Below are positions 49,414 to 59,473 of a stretch of DNA of 64,000 bases, piece by piece. Below the pieces are notes generated by a model that worked only from the letters and a program-made list of their open reading frames with translations, did no database searches and was not told the DNA's origin. Numbering within the stretch: the stretch's first letter is position 1; every line of letters starts with the position of its first letter. The DNA is from Pseudomonadota bacterium (lineage in GTDB: Bacteria; Desulfobacterota; Desulfobacteria; Desulfobacterales; RPRI01). The DNA is taken from contig JBDRRF010000116.1 in assembly GCA_043825875.1 (NCBI GenBank), positions 1-64,000 on the forward strand. Direction: 5' to 3'. A program made the translations under genes and the position numbers.

Positions 49414-50364
49414 TCAACTTTTTTGAGGGTCTTCTATTTTTCTGACATTAAGCCAGATATCAAAAAAACCAAGACCTGTTATAAACACAGCCGCAATATA
49501 TTGGAATGCAATTACGCTGTATAATAAAACTCTAAGCCCCTTGGGCAGCTGCTTTTTTACAAAATAATAAGATACAATGGCTATACCCTGGAAAAAGTAT
49601 ATCGGCATCATAACAAGCAAAATATTTGCCCCGAACATCATAATGGCTTTGTCAGGGACCAAAAGCATCAGAAAAGAGCCTATCACAACCCATACAAGCT
49701 GCTCAGGCGCTTTCCACAAATTCAGTGTACCAAAATCCGGATAATAAAGTTTCTTTTTGGCAAACAAAGGTTTTGCTATCAACAAAGTTACCCAGCTTAA
49801 AAACAGAGTTGCAGCAATTACCAACGAAGGAATTATCCTTATAAAAATATACTGAACAAGCTCTATATTGTCTGAAAGCATTCGTATATTTTCTTCAGGT
49901 ATGCCCATTTGTTTATATAACTCAATGGATTGCTTCAAATTTATTGCAACATACTCTGAAATTATATCATAAATTCCCGAACCGTGAATATTGCCAAATA
50001 TGACCAGAGCAATTGTTCCTGTCACCAGAATACTAAAACATGCATATCCAATAGTTTTTTCTATAGATAGGTCAACCCGAAAAAATTCGCTGAATATAAA
50101 TCCCAAGAATAGAAGTTCGGCAAAAAACACAAGGTCTATTGATACGGAGCGCAAAACACATATAATTACAAAAATAGTTGCGCCAAATACCTTAAGCCCT
50201 GACCTTCTGCCTAATTTGGAACTATAAAACAGTATCGGCAAGGGAACAAGCAGGGCGCATAAAATACCTATTAGCGGAATAAACAGACATGCCAAACACA
50301 AAAGACTCGCTATGGAAATTCCTTTCAACGTGTCTGTAAATATCTCGCCTTCGGCATATGCCAC
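49414..50364 (-). CDS. DUF2232 (YybS) membrane protein
   Basis: Polytopic; YFFQGIAIV, GFFDIWLNVR; characteristic position between rpsR and rplI. Confidence 0.88.
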   Translation of the reverse strand: MAYAEGEIFTDTLKGISIASLLCLACLFIPLIGILCALLVPLPILFYSSKLGRRSGLKVFGATIFVIICVLRSVSIDLVFFAELLFLGFIFSEFFRVDLSIEKTIGYACFSILVTGTIALVIFGNIHGSGIYDIISEYVAINLKQSIELYKQMGIPEENIRMLSDNIELVQYIFIRIIPSLVIAATLFLSWVTLLIAKPLFAKKKLYYPDFGTLNLWKAPEQLVWVVIGSFLMLLVPDKAIMMFGANILLVMMPIYFFQGIAIVSYYFVKKQLPKGLRVLLYSVIAFQYIAAVFITGLGFFDIWLNVRKIEDPQKS

Positions 50365-50410
50365 TATCCCAGCCTCCGCTTAAAAAGCCATATCTTCTAT
50401 AGATATATAG

Positions 50411-50692
50411 CTAAAAATCCAAAGTCCCCACGTAAGGCAAAAGAGCTATTGTCCTTGCACGTTTTATAGCATGCGTTAAGACTCTCTGGTGTTTTGCGCA
50501 TGTACCTGAAATGCGCCTTGGGATAATCTTTCCTCTTTCAGTGGTAAAATATCTGAGTGATTTAAAATCTTTGTAGTCAATTACAATAGTTGAATCCGCG
50601 CAAAAACGACAAACTTTGCGTCTGTGAAATACTCTTTTTTTCTTTTTATCCCCATCGACCTGTTGTCCTCTGCCCTGATTATCGTAAGCCAT
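50411..50692 (-). CDS. rpsR: 30S ribosomal protein S18 (zinc-binding type)
   Basis: [33 protein letters not shown]. Confidence 0.98.
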   Translation of the reverse strand: MAYDNQGRGQQVDGDKKKKRVFHRRKVCRFCADSTIVIDYKDFKSLRYFTTERGKIIPRRISGTCAKHQRVLTHAIKRARTIALLPYVGTLDF

Positions 50693-50695
50693 CTT

Positions 50696-51169
50696 CTACT
50701 CCTTTTCGCTGCTATCGTTTTCTGTTTTTGCCTCTTCCGGTTCCGCTTTGCTCTCATCAGCCGGTTCCGCTTTGTTCTCATCAGCAGGCGTTTCGGCATT
50801 TTCCGACTTGTTCTCTTGGGCGGATAAAGCAGCTTCTGCTTCAATTTCAGCCATTTTTGCTTTTATCTTTTCGATATCTGCATCTTTTTCAAGCAATATG
50901 GTCATGAATTTAAGAACTCGATCGTCTATACGGAAGAAACGTTCCATCTCACTAACAAGCAAACCTGTCCCGCAAAAATCAATATGGACATAATAGCCGC
51001 GATTTTTCTTCTTTATTTCGTAGGCAAGTTTCTGGGCGCCCCATTCGTTGAGCTTAACAAGAAATCCGTCCTTTTGAGAGATAGTATCATTAATTTTTTC
51101 TAAAAGGGGGGCCCTGTTTTCGGGTGGAATATCAGGATCGATAATAACAGTTGTCTCGTACCTTCTCAT
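50696..51169 (-). CDS. rpsF: 30S ribosomal protein S6 with acidic tail
   Basis: MRRYET, WGAQKLAYEIKK, VLKFMT. Confidence 0.97.
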   Translation of the reverse strand: MRRYETTVIIDPDIPPENRAPLLEKINDTISQKDGFLVKLNEWGAQKLAYEIKKKNRGYYVHIDFCGTGLLVSEMERFFRIDDRVLKFMTILLEKDADIEKIKAKMAEIEAEAALSAQENKSENAETPADENKAEPADESKAEPEEAKTENDSSEKE

Positions 51170-51171
51170 AA

Positions 51172-51213
51172 AACCTCCTTGTGGATGTAAAGCCCCGGTT
51201 ACCGGAGCAAGGA
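51172..51213 (-). promoter_or_regulatory. S6:S18-responsive rpsF leader RNA
   Basis: Minus strand TCCTTGCTCCGGTAACCGGGGCTTTACATCCACAAGGAGGTT: TCCTTG pairs with CAAGGA covering the RBS, with an internal hairpin. Confidence 0.7.
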
Positions 51214-51347
51214 TTATATTGCATTTTATTATGCAATTAAAGATGTTCTTTTACCATTTCAAAAATATATGTGTCAAGATTTTTAAAAAATACTAAATTA
51301 TATCTTGAAACGGATTACATAGTTTGTTAAATAGGTTTAATTGACAT

Positions 51348-51424
51348 GGTGGGTGTAGCTCAGTTGGCAGAGCACCGGGTTGTGGCCCCGGTTGTCGAGG
51401 GTTCAATCCCCTTCACTCACCCCA
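51348..51424 (+). tRNA. tRNA-His(GTG)
   Basis: Encoded G-1, acceptor GTGGGTG/CACTCAC, anticodon arm CCGGG-TTGTGGC-CCCGG, TTCAA T-loop, encoded CCA. Confidence 0.96.
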
Positions 51425-51431
51425 TTTTTTT

Positions 51432-51505
<74 letters not shown>

Positions 51506-51641
51506 CTTGTGATATCAGAATGTTAAAACAATTTTATTTCCATCTGATTTTTGATGCTACCCTATAGCTACCTTCTTTATACTCCTTGACAAATTTGATT
51601 TGCTTCTATTAACTTATATATATAAAATATGAGGTGTTATA

Positions 51642-51845
51642 ATGAAAATTAAAACAATTATCCATGAAGCGGAAGAGGGCGGCTTTTGGGCCGAAGTTCC
51701 TTCTATTCCCGGATGTGCCACCTAGGGAGAAACGTTTGACGAACTCCTGAAAAATATTTATGAGGCCGTGGAAGCTTGCTTGTCTGTGGATATCGAAGCT
51801 ATCGAATTAAAGGGAAAAGATAGGGTTATGGAGATAGCAGTTTGA
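51642..51845 (+). pseudogene. hicB: HicB-family antitoxin with in-frame amber codon
   Basis: [49 protein letters not shown] at 51723 where Gln is expected (TQGET). Confidence 0.85.
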
Positions 51846-51887
51846 AAGCCATTTCAGGGAAGGACTTTGTAAAACTACTTGAGAAAT
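51842..51887 (+). pseudogene. hicA: 5' fragment of HicA-family toxin
   Basis: TTG start overlapping hicB stop, MKAISGKDFVKLLEK, then runs into the convergent symporter stop. Confidence 0.65.
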
Positions 51888-53240
51888 TCACAGCCTTTTG
51901 AATTTAGACATATATTTTCGTGTGAGATCTGCTACCACAGGCGCAAGAACTATCAAAGCAATAAGATTAGGGATAGCCATCAGGCCGTTTAAGGCGTCAC
52001 ATAAATTTATCACATCATCAAGAGGGTTTAAAGCTCCGATAATTATAATACCAACATAAATCCACTTATAAATGGGAACATAAGTTTTCCCGAATAAGTA
52101 ATCGACAGCCCTGTCTCCATAATATGACCATCCGATTAAAGTCGTAAAAGCAAAAAGTATAACACTAAAAGATACTATATAACCAGCTCCCGGGATACCC
52201 TGATCAAAGGCAACGCTTGTCAATATTCCCTTAATATGCACTGTTTCATAGGTTCCCATGCAAACTACCACAAGACCGGTAATACTGCATACCATCAGTG
52301 TATCAATAAATGGCCCCAGCATAGCAACAAGACCTTCACGTACCGGCTCTTTTGTCTTGGCTGCACCGTGTGCAATCGGAGCACTTCCCAAACCGGCTTC
52401 ATTTGAAAACAAGCCCCGCGCCACTCCGGAACGTATAACTCCGCCGAGCAATCCACCCGAAACCGCTTCCGGCGCATGAAAAGCCTGGTAAAAAATCAGC
52501 TGGAATCCGGGAAGTACCAGATGTATATTTTTTATCAGAATTACTATTCCAGTACCTATGTAAACTGCACACATAAAGGGAACCAAAACACCTGCCACAT
52601 GAGCAATACGCTTGATGCCTCCCAAAATCACACCGGCAACTATTGCAGCTGTCAGGGCACCGACTACAAGGCGCAATGCAAAACCAGGTGCTGCGACTTC
52701 TTTGAATAATAATGAATTGACGGCTGAAACCATGCTGTTTATCTGAAACATGTTTCCGATACCAAAACTTGCAAGAGCGGTAAATACGGCAAAACACACA
52801 GCAAGCCATTTATATGAACTTCCCATGCCGATTTCGATAAAATGCATGGGCCCGCCATGAGCCTCACCATCCTTGTCTATTTTACGAAAATGCACAGCAA
52901 GCGTACAACTTGCAAATTTGGTTGCCATACCAACACATGCGGTAATCCACATCCAGAACACGGCACCCGGCCCTCCGGTAAGAACGGCCACTGAAACGCC
53001 AATAATATTTCCGGTCCCGATTGTTGCCGATAAAGCTGTAAACAATGCACGAAAATGAGATATTTCTCCGGGATCATCCGGATTATCATATACCCCTCTT
53101 AGTACTTTAAGGCCTTCCCTGAATCCTGAAAACTGAATTCCTTTCAAGCGGATTGTTAAAAATAATCCGGTTCCCACAAGAAGTATGATTAACGGAACAC
53201 CCCATACAAAGCTGCTAAACTGTGATAGAAATTCAGTCAT
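51888..53240 (-). CDS. Alanine/glycine:cation symporter (AGCS family)
   Basis: ATIGTGNI, GGPGAVFWMW, GGIKRIA, RGLFSNEAGLGSAPIAH, MAIPNL. Confidence 0.93.
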   Translation of the reverse strand: MTEFLSQFSSFVWGVPLIILLVGTGLFLTIRLKGIQFSGFREGLKVLRGVYDNPDDPGEISHFRALFTALSATIGTGNIIGVSVAVLTGGPGAVFWMWITACVGMATKFASCTLAVHFRKIDKDGEAHGGPMHFIEIGMGSSYKWLAVCFAVFTALASFGIGNMFQINSMVSAVNSLLFKEVAAPGFALRLVVGALTAAIVAGVILGGIKRIAHVAGVLVPFMCAVYIGTGIVILIKNIHLVLPGFQLIFYQAFHAPEAVSGGLLGGVIRSGVARGLFSNEAGLGSAPIAHGAAKTKEPVREGLVAMLGPFIDTLMVCSITGLVVVCMGTYETVHIKGILTSVAFDQGIPGAGYIVSFSVILFAFTTLIGWSYYGDRAVDYLFGKTYVPIYKWIYVGIIIIGALNPLDDVINLCDALNGLMAIPNLIALIVLAPVVADLTRKYMSKFKRL

Positions 53241-53337
53241 ATTATATTTTCGCTCCTGATCTGCTCATACAACAAATTTTCATGGAAATATTATCTGTCA
53301 TTTAAATTCATCAAAGATTACTGTAAATTCCTGTAGA

Positions 53338-53733
53338 TTATTTATTTGAGCACTCTCTTTCTATCTGTTGTTCAATCTCATGCCTTCCCTGTTCCAATGT
53401 CTTTAGCTGTTCGAAGGCCTCTTCAAGCGCAACTCTTGCGTGGGCATCTCCTTTACTTTCTGCCGATTCCAGGCGCTGGATCTCGCTCTTCAGCGCATCT
53501 TGGTGGCTGACATTTTCATCGAAGTGCTGCTGAAGTTCCTGGCATATTGTATTATTGCGCGGACCATTGTCACAGACTTTTTTGTACTCAATCAAGCCAA
53601 AGAATACAGAAACTTGCTCGCACGGTTGCGCATTTATATGTGCAATCCCCCATACAAATCCAAATGCAAGGGCTGCAAACAGAAGTGACCATAAACCAAA
53701 ACGCTTATATAGCTGATTCAGTAAATCCCACAT
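53338..53733 (-). CDS. Single-TM coiled-coil hypothetical protein
   Basis: N-terminal hydrophobic helix and E/Q-rich helical tail. Confidence 0.6.
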   Translation of the reverse strand: MWDLLNQLYKRFGLWSLLFAALAFGFVWGIAHINAQPCEQVSVFFGLIEYKKVCDNGPRNNTICQELQQHFDENVSHQDALKSEIQRLESAESKGDAHARVALEEAFEQLKTLEQGRHEIEQQIERECSNK

Positions 53734-53828
53734 ATTTCAATTCCTTTTAAGTAAAAATTTATAATATTTCGAACAATCTTTTTTACATGTTTAGATGATT
53801 AAATCAAACCTGGCTATCAGCTATTTGT

Positions 53829-54395
53829 TTATTTTATATCAGGCAGTATTAATTTCGGGAAATACTTCATCTCCCTAAATAATTCTTTATCTTTTTTAAG
53901 GATAAACTTTTGAAGTTTTTGCTGTTCTTCTGTTATACGAACCGATGAAGACCATTTCTCTTTTTTTACCACACCATTAAGCAATCCGTCATTTATAGCC
54001 TGCCCGACAACATCATTATCCATAAATGCGATACCAAACGATCTCTGGCTTACGGTATATTTAACAAACATATATCCGCCACCATCGTCTTGTTCCGGGC
54101 GCACCCATTTAAGATTCAAATACTTGTTTTCTTCCAATAATGATGTGTGACCGGTGAACTCTGAAACTTTTATGTTTCCGTCTTTGTTGAACTCCACCAT
54201 TAAAAGCCGGAGCAACTTTGATTTCTCGTCAAGCCCAATATGTATGTAGCCGGACTCATTTCCTTCATTCCAGAACCATGTTCCGACAATTGATAAATCA
54301 ATATCTTCTTTATTTGGGTCAGTGATAGGATTGTCCGAATAAGGAATGCAACCAAACAAAAAGAATATTGAGAATGCTATCAAAAATTTGCGCAT
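53829..54395 (-). CDS. Putative lipoprotein
   Basis: MRKFLIAFSIFFLFGC lipobox after GGGAGG RBS; IVGTW. Confidence 0.72.
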   Translation of the reverse strand: MRKFLIAFSIFFLFGCIPYSDNPITDPNKEDIDLSIVGTWFWNEGNESGYIHIGLDEKSKLLRLLMVEFNKDGNIKVSEFTGHTSLLEENKYLNLKWVRPEQDDGGGYMFVKYTVSQRSFGIAFMDNDVVGQAINDGLLNGVVKKEKWSSSVRITEEQQKLQKFILKKDKELFREMKYFPKLILPDIK

Positions 54396-54459
54396 AATGT
54401 TCCTCCCGATACGTTTTATATACCAAAAATCAAGTATCACATATTGCCGTTTTGCAGGT

Positions 54460-54945
54460 TTAATCTCCTTGTTTCATACTTTTAATCTTCTTATTATACA
54501 AATCTTTAATTAATTCTGTTCGTTTTTTATTAGCACCTAAATCACCATACCCGACTCTTGATGCTGAGCGAATGTGAATAGATTTTTGCGTAGAATCAAT
54601 CCTGATTTCTAAATCATCTACAAACCCAAATATAGCTGAAGAAAATGTGGCGGCAAGATATGTGCCGGTTTCGGTTTGAATTATACCTCCCAATTCCTGA
54701 ATGGTATCTTTTATGATTTTCATAGTTTCATCAGAACTTTTTTGACTGATTATAATAGGATCAATATAATGGCCGGTATCATTTTTTTGCTCGCTGCACA
54801 CGCAATTGGGCTTGGCAGGGCACTTCAAAAGTTCTCCTTCAAGCAGTCCGGCAGGTTTTCCTGACCTGGAAATATGGCCAAAAACTATAAGCAGGATAGT
54901 AATAGCAACAAATATGATTACAAAAACAATTATAATTTTTTTCAT
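54460..54945 (-). CDS. DUF1499 protein
   Basis: CPAKPNCVCS, FGFVDDLE, IRSASRVGYGDLGANKKR. Confidence 0.92.
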   Translation of the reverse strand: MKKIIIVFVIIFVAITILLIVFGHISRSGKPAGLLEGELLKCPAKPNCVCSEQKNDTGHYIDPIIISQKSSDETMKIIKDTIQELGGIIQTETGTYLAATFSSAIFGFVDDLEIRIDSTQKSIHIRSASRVGYGDLGANKKRTELIKDLYNKKIKSMKQGD

Positions 54946-55007
54946 ATGCTTTCTCCTTGCTCAGTCTATTAAAGCAACTGCCACAAATTTGTTTCGTTTT
55001 TGGCAAT

Positions 55008-56450
55008 TTACTTCCTCTGTGCAATTTCCTTTATGCCCGTAAGAGCCTTCAAGATATCATTCCAAAAAGGAGCTCCAAAAGTGACGAGTACTGCCGTCAA
55101 TAAAAGGCCGCCGATTTTTTTCAGTATTAATCTCCAGTACTCCTTAGAAATTTCTTTAGCAGCATCTTTGGCCTCGTCCTTTTTAGCATCCTTGGTAGCA
55201 TTGATCGCTTTTTCCTTTTCGCTTAATGCTTTGAGTCTCTGCATATCTGATGCCCAGCCCAGTGGAAGTTCAAGTTCGGTTAGTCCGGCCATATGTTTTT
55301 CTATTGCCACCCCCGGCAGCCGGATATTAAAATTAGCGATTTTAGCGTACTTCTCATCCAGTTCTTTCCTGATTTTATTCCTTTTTTCATCATCATTGCT
55401 GATAACGATTTTTTCAACCGAGTCTTTCAGTTGATTTATCTTATCAGCTTCATCAATAGCGCCAACCATGCGATAATCACTTTCGAGTTTAGCAAGAAAG
55501 CTTTCCGAAAGGTTTTTAACATCCTGCAATTTATTTTCTTTTAATAACCCATGAATCCTGTTTAAATCTTTTGGATCGGCAGTTTGCTTTACCACTTTTA
55601 TATCTTTTACTTTTTCAGCAATTTTATCCTGTACCTTGGTATCCGAACGCAAGTACTTATAAATCGCTAACGAATCGGCATTAACACTAATGACAAAAAT
55701 AAAACCGATGGCGACTGTCCATTTAAGCATATTTCGGCGGTACTCTTCATTTATCTGGCCTATCCATGAGTCCATATTCTGTTCCGCCTGAATCCGGTAT
55801 TCAGAAATACTGTCTTCAAATGTTTTCATACTCTGATCTTCAACGGATTCTATAGTTCTTAAAAGATTCTTGCACGCTGTCTGAAAGTCTAAAACAACCG
55901 CTTTTGAAAACTGCAAGAGGTGCTCGGCTTTTGCGTGTTGAATCTCAAATTCTTTAATTTCATCATAAAGTCTATTTATGTCTTGTTTTTTGAACACCTC
56001 CACATAAATATACATAAACTTAGGTAATGCAAGTCCCTTTGCCCGGCCTATTGCTTCAAAAACCGGCTGGAGCTGGTATAAAATCAGACGTGGAGTATCA
56101 GCAGCGTTTGGATCAAGATCAACAATAATCCGAAGGCTTTTCTTGAGTGCTTTAAAGGTATTATCTGCGGTTATAAGTTTTTCTTTCAAACGGGCAAAAC
56201 CCTTCTCAAACTCACCGTTAAAATTACCGCTCCAGATTCTTTTGATATACATTTTAAAACGTGTCTTAAATGATATCTCACCTATTTGAAATTCGGTTTC
56301 TTTTGAATACAAATTAATGAAAAACCGCTCCCAAACACCAACTCGCAGTTTAAGAATGTTTTTTACCGCCTCCTGGGCTGACTGAACTATTATCGAGAAG
56401 AGAATCAGAATGCCTACAAAAGCAATTAGTGCCGATATGGTTTCATTCAT
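55008..56450 (-). CDS. Uncharacterised membrane protein with terminal GAPFW motif
   Basis: N-terminal TM ending in QE, central TM (W...YRR..NADS), LPLGW, GLLLTAVLVTFGAPFWNDIL. Confidence 0.8.
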   Translation of the reverse strand: MNETISALIAFVGILILFSIIVQSAQEAVKNILKLRVGVWERFFINLYSKETEFQIGEISFKTRFKMYIKRIWSGNFNGEFEKGFARLKEKLITADNTFKALKKSLRIIVDLDPNAADTPRLILYQLQPVFEAIGRAKGLALPKFMYIYVEVFKKQDINRLYDEIKEFEIQHAKAEHLLQFSKAVVLDFQTACKNLLRTIESVEDQSMKTFEDSISEYRIQAEQNMDSWIGQINEEYRRNMLKWTVAIGFIFVISVNADSLAIYKYLRSDTKVQDKIAEKVKDIKVVKQTADPKDLNRIHGLLKENKLQDVKNLSESFLAKLESDYRMVGAIDEADKINQLKDSVEKIVISNDDEKRNKIRKELDEKYAKIANFNIRLPGVAIEKHMAGLTELELPLGWASDMQRLKALSEKEKAINATKDAKKDEAKDAAKEISKEYWRLILKKIGGLLLTAVLVTFGAPFWNDILKALTGIKEIAQRK

Positions 56451-56513
56451 TTTTCATCTCCTTGCACATTTCATCATCGTATGAATTGGAAATCATGGTT
56501 AGCTAAAACGCTA

Positions 56514-57344
56514 CTAGTTATTCGGACATGTTTGAGGCATTCCCAGCCTTTTACCCCAAAAGCCTGATATTGAATCTGCTCTGTCCGTTTGGACATTATT
56601 TAGAGCATCCCGGAATTCTTTCCAGGCTGGAATAGCATAAACGCACCATTGATTGATTTCCACCCCTTTGTCAAAATCTGAAGGAATGATTTTATCTTTC
56701 GTGAAAGCTTTTGGCGTTCCTCTTAAATCAGCCCAGTTCTTCAGCACTGACAGTCTTGCTATTACAAGATATAACCCGAGGCTGTCAGTACCGCGAATCT
56801 GGCTGTTGATATCTTCTATCGAAGAAAGCAAAAGTCTCTTTATGCCGTCATAATCGTAATCTTTTGCCGCCATGTGTCCGTATGCCTGATCGTTTTTTAT
56901 AAGACCGCTCAGTGCGTTCATCAGTGCGCGATCTCTGGGAAAGAGTTTAATCTCTTTATCACTTTTGGCCATGGCAACAGTGTTTATTGCATCATCGTAT
57001 TGTCCTATCCTCCACTGGGCAAGAGCCTTGAGCGTATATGCCGTGCCAAGAAGATTATCATTTCTAAGCGCCTGCTCCTTTTCATCTATAAGATTTGCAA
57101 GTAATTTTGATGAAAGATGGTATGAAGCATTTGCCTGGGTGCTGATCACAAGTGCATCACCCGATAAAGGGTCGATTTTCAACTGGTTTTCAAGCATTGC
57201 TGCGGAATTGAAATGATTTTGAGCTTCTCTTAGTTCTTTGATATGGGATACACAACCCGATACAACAGACAGTAGTGCAAGTACAAGAAAAACGCGGATA
57301 AATTTATTTATACTTAGCCTGTAAATAGCTGGTAACATGGGCAC
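56514..57344 (-). CDS. Helical, TPR-like lipoprotein
   Basis: Lipobox VSGC; AYTLKALAQWRIGQYDDA TPR-like helix pair. Confidence 0.75.
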   Translation of the reverse strand: MPMLPAIYRLSINKFIRVFLVLALLSVVSGCVSHIKELREAQNHFNSAAMLENQLKIDPLSGDALVISTQANASYHLSSKLLANLIDEKEQALRNDNLLGTAYTLKALAQWRIGQYDDAINTVAMAKSDKEIKLFPRDRALMNALSGLIKNDQAYGHMAAKDYDYDGIKRLLLSSIEDINSQIRGTDSLGLYLVIARLSVLKNWADLRGTPKAFTKDKIIPSDFDKGVEINQWCVYAIPAWKEFRDALNNVQTDRADSISGFWGKRLGMPQTCPNN

Positions 57345-57351
57345 CTCCTAT

Positions 57352-59142
57352 CTATACCATGCTTATATTTTCTATGGTTATCAGCAATGACTCTAATGAA
57401 AACTGTTTGCCTGCGGCAATAACCTGCACGGTTTCATTAAGGGCTTTTCTTATTTTTAAAAGAATCTCCTCGGAAACACCGGTTTCTGATATTCCTGACA
57501 GTACAGTTGATACTATCTCAACAAAAATTTCAGTGCGGCCCAAAATCCACAGCACATCAGATTCGACATTAGCAGGCATGATCGTGTCAATGATCACTTC
57601 CAATACAGCCAGTATCGCCATTTGCTGCTTGCCGAAAAGGGGTATCTCATATATCAAATCTCTCCTTAGTGCTACAGCCATAATTGTGGCTTCAATCACA
57701 TTCTGTACCGCTTGAGAACTGATACGCCCGGCCGGAATGTTGCGTAATGCGGCAAGTGCGGCTTCTATGGCAGTTGCAAGTATGGAACTCTCTTTTCCTG
57801 CAACCTTGATAAGCCAGCCCGGATTTTCAACCACTTCATCTAACACTGCATTGAGTAATTCAACAACCTGGCTTTTTGAAAGCCGAAGCGCCCATTCTCC
57901 TTCTTCAGGTGTTTTTGAAAGCTGATTGAGCAATTGACTTGATGCTGTGATCAGTAAATGTTTTGCCGGATCATTTCTGAATTCCTCCGGCCAGAGAAAC
58001 TCGGCATTGCCGGCAGTTTTTTCAAGAACTAATCTCATAACTTCCGGAATAATATCAGGACCGAGAATCCTGGATGAGTCTGCAAGTTCAATGGCTATCT
58101 GGCTTAAGATATTTGTTAAGCCTTTGTGATCGATTCCTATCAATTCCGGATTTTCAGAAACCGTTTTTAAAGCAGCTTTAACTATTGTATCAAGACCTTC
58201 CCGGCTGATGAGTTTTGATAGATCAACGGTATCTGAATCAATGATTACATCAAGTACTGATTTGCCCACGGAACCAACAAGCGCCTGATTTGCCGGGTCG
58301 TCAATCCCTAAATAAAAACCGGGACTGGCGTATATTACTTCACCGGCATTGGCAAGCACGCTGCGAAGCACAAGTTGAGCCCATTCCTGTATGTTTTCCC
58401 GCTGTTCAAGATCTTGGCCCCCAAGCTTTTCTATCCGCTCTTTGGCATCCTTAATAAGACCCGTTGCTATAGCCTCAACCAGCTTTTCAGTTTTCTTGTC
58501 CGCATTTAAAAGAGCCGGATTATCCCCTATGGTTTCAATTACTGCAATAAATAAATCTCTTATAAGTACATCAACCTTCTCCTGGGCAAAATCGATATTA
58601 TCGATCGATTTTAAAAATCCTTTCAACACTCTGCCTGTGGAAGATTTCTCATCTAATGCTCCGGGCATATTGGCAAAGTAGTCGATGCCGATCTCTATCA
58701 GAGTGCCAACAATCCGCTGAAACGGAGACGGAAATGGACTCTTCCGGTTAGCCCATTGACGTACATTTACAATGGACAAAAGTGCTTCTTTGCTAAGACC
58801 GATATCAACTCCATCTACTTCACCGGCTCTGATATTGCCATCACGCTGGTAATCAACAAAAAATGCCATGTACCTGCGTTTTTCATCCTTCGTCATCTCT
58901 CTTGTATGCTTCATTGAGATATCGTAAAGCTCTTTCAGATCCGGGTTTTCGTCTACATAGACCTGCCCCGCACCATGGAAATACCCGTCAGCCGTACCTA
59001 TTGAAGGTTCAAAATTGAAGTTTGGCAGAGGCAACGTAAGGTCGCGCTCTATTGTTGTTTCGATATAAATTCTCTTGCCCTGTTGCGCAAGCCTGATACC
59101 TGCCTTGATTCCGAATAGTATCAGCTCAGCCGTACCTGTCAT
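57352..59142 (-). CDS. Large all-helical hypothetical protein with internal repeats
   Basis: 596 aa with GGAGGTG RBS; recurring NP-x-hydrophobic motifs. Confidence 0.8.
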   Translation of the reverse strand: MTGTAELILFGIKAGIRLAQQGKRIYIETTIERDLTLPLPNFNFEPSIGTADGYFHGAGQVYVDENPDLKELYDISMKHTREMTKDEKRRYMAFFVDYQRDGNIRAGEVDGVDIGLSKEALLSIVNVRQWANRKSPFPSPFQRIVGTLIEIGIDYFANMPGALDEKSSTGRVLKGFLKSIDNIDFAQEKVDVLIRDLFIAVIETIGDNPALLNADKKTEKLVEAIATGLIKDAKERIEKLGGQDLEQRENIQEWAQLVLRSVLANAGEVIYASPGFYLGIDDPANQALVGSVGKSVLDVIIDSDTVDLSKLISREGLDTIVKAALKTVSENPELIGIDHKGLTNILSQIAIELADSSRILGPDIIPEVMRLVLEKTAGNAEFLWPEEFRNDPAKHLLITASSQLLNQLSKTPEEGEWALRLSKSQVVELLNAVLDEVVENPGWLIKVAGKESSILATAIEAALAALRNIPAGRISSQAVQNVIEATIMAVALRRDLIYEIPLFGKQQMAILAVLEVIIDTIMPANVESDVLWILGRTEIFVEIVSTVLSGISETGVSEEILLKIRKALNETVQVIAAGKQFSLESLLITIENISMV

Positions 59143-59357
59143 GTAGTCACCTCCTTTTATATCAAAAAACTCTGAAAAAGACCTTCCCCTTGCCTCCCAG
59201 CACAGCTATGAATATAAGAAACATAATGCAAAGCTCTATCCGCAAACTGGCCGTAGCACAGTAGGGGCAATTTCGTTGAAGGCAGTACCTGGTTAGCTTA
59301 ATCTGATTGCAACTTTAGCTCAGACCTAAAAGCCACTAACCTTTGTATCAAGCTAAC

Positions 59358-59467
59358 GAGGCTGTAGAAAAAGGAGTATCATTCAAAATGCCAGCGCAAT
59401 TCACGGTACTGCTTGAGCGACTGGTTCACAGCTGGAGTTTTGTTTGCGCAATTTCAGATAAACGCAT
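59358..59467 (-). mobile_element. Internally deleted IS remnant (putative transposase N- and C-terminal stubs plus terminal repeat)
   Basis: MRLSEIAQTKLQL* joined to QSLKQYRELRWHFE*, followed by TTTTTCTACAGCCTC, an IS-end-like sequence. Confidence 0.45.
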
Positions 59468-59473
59468 GTATCC

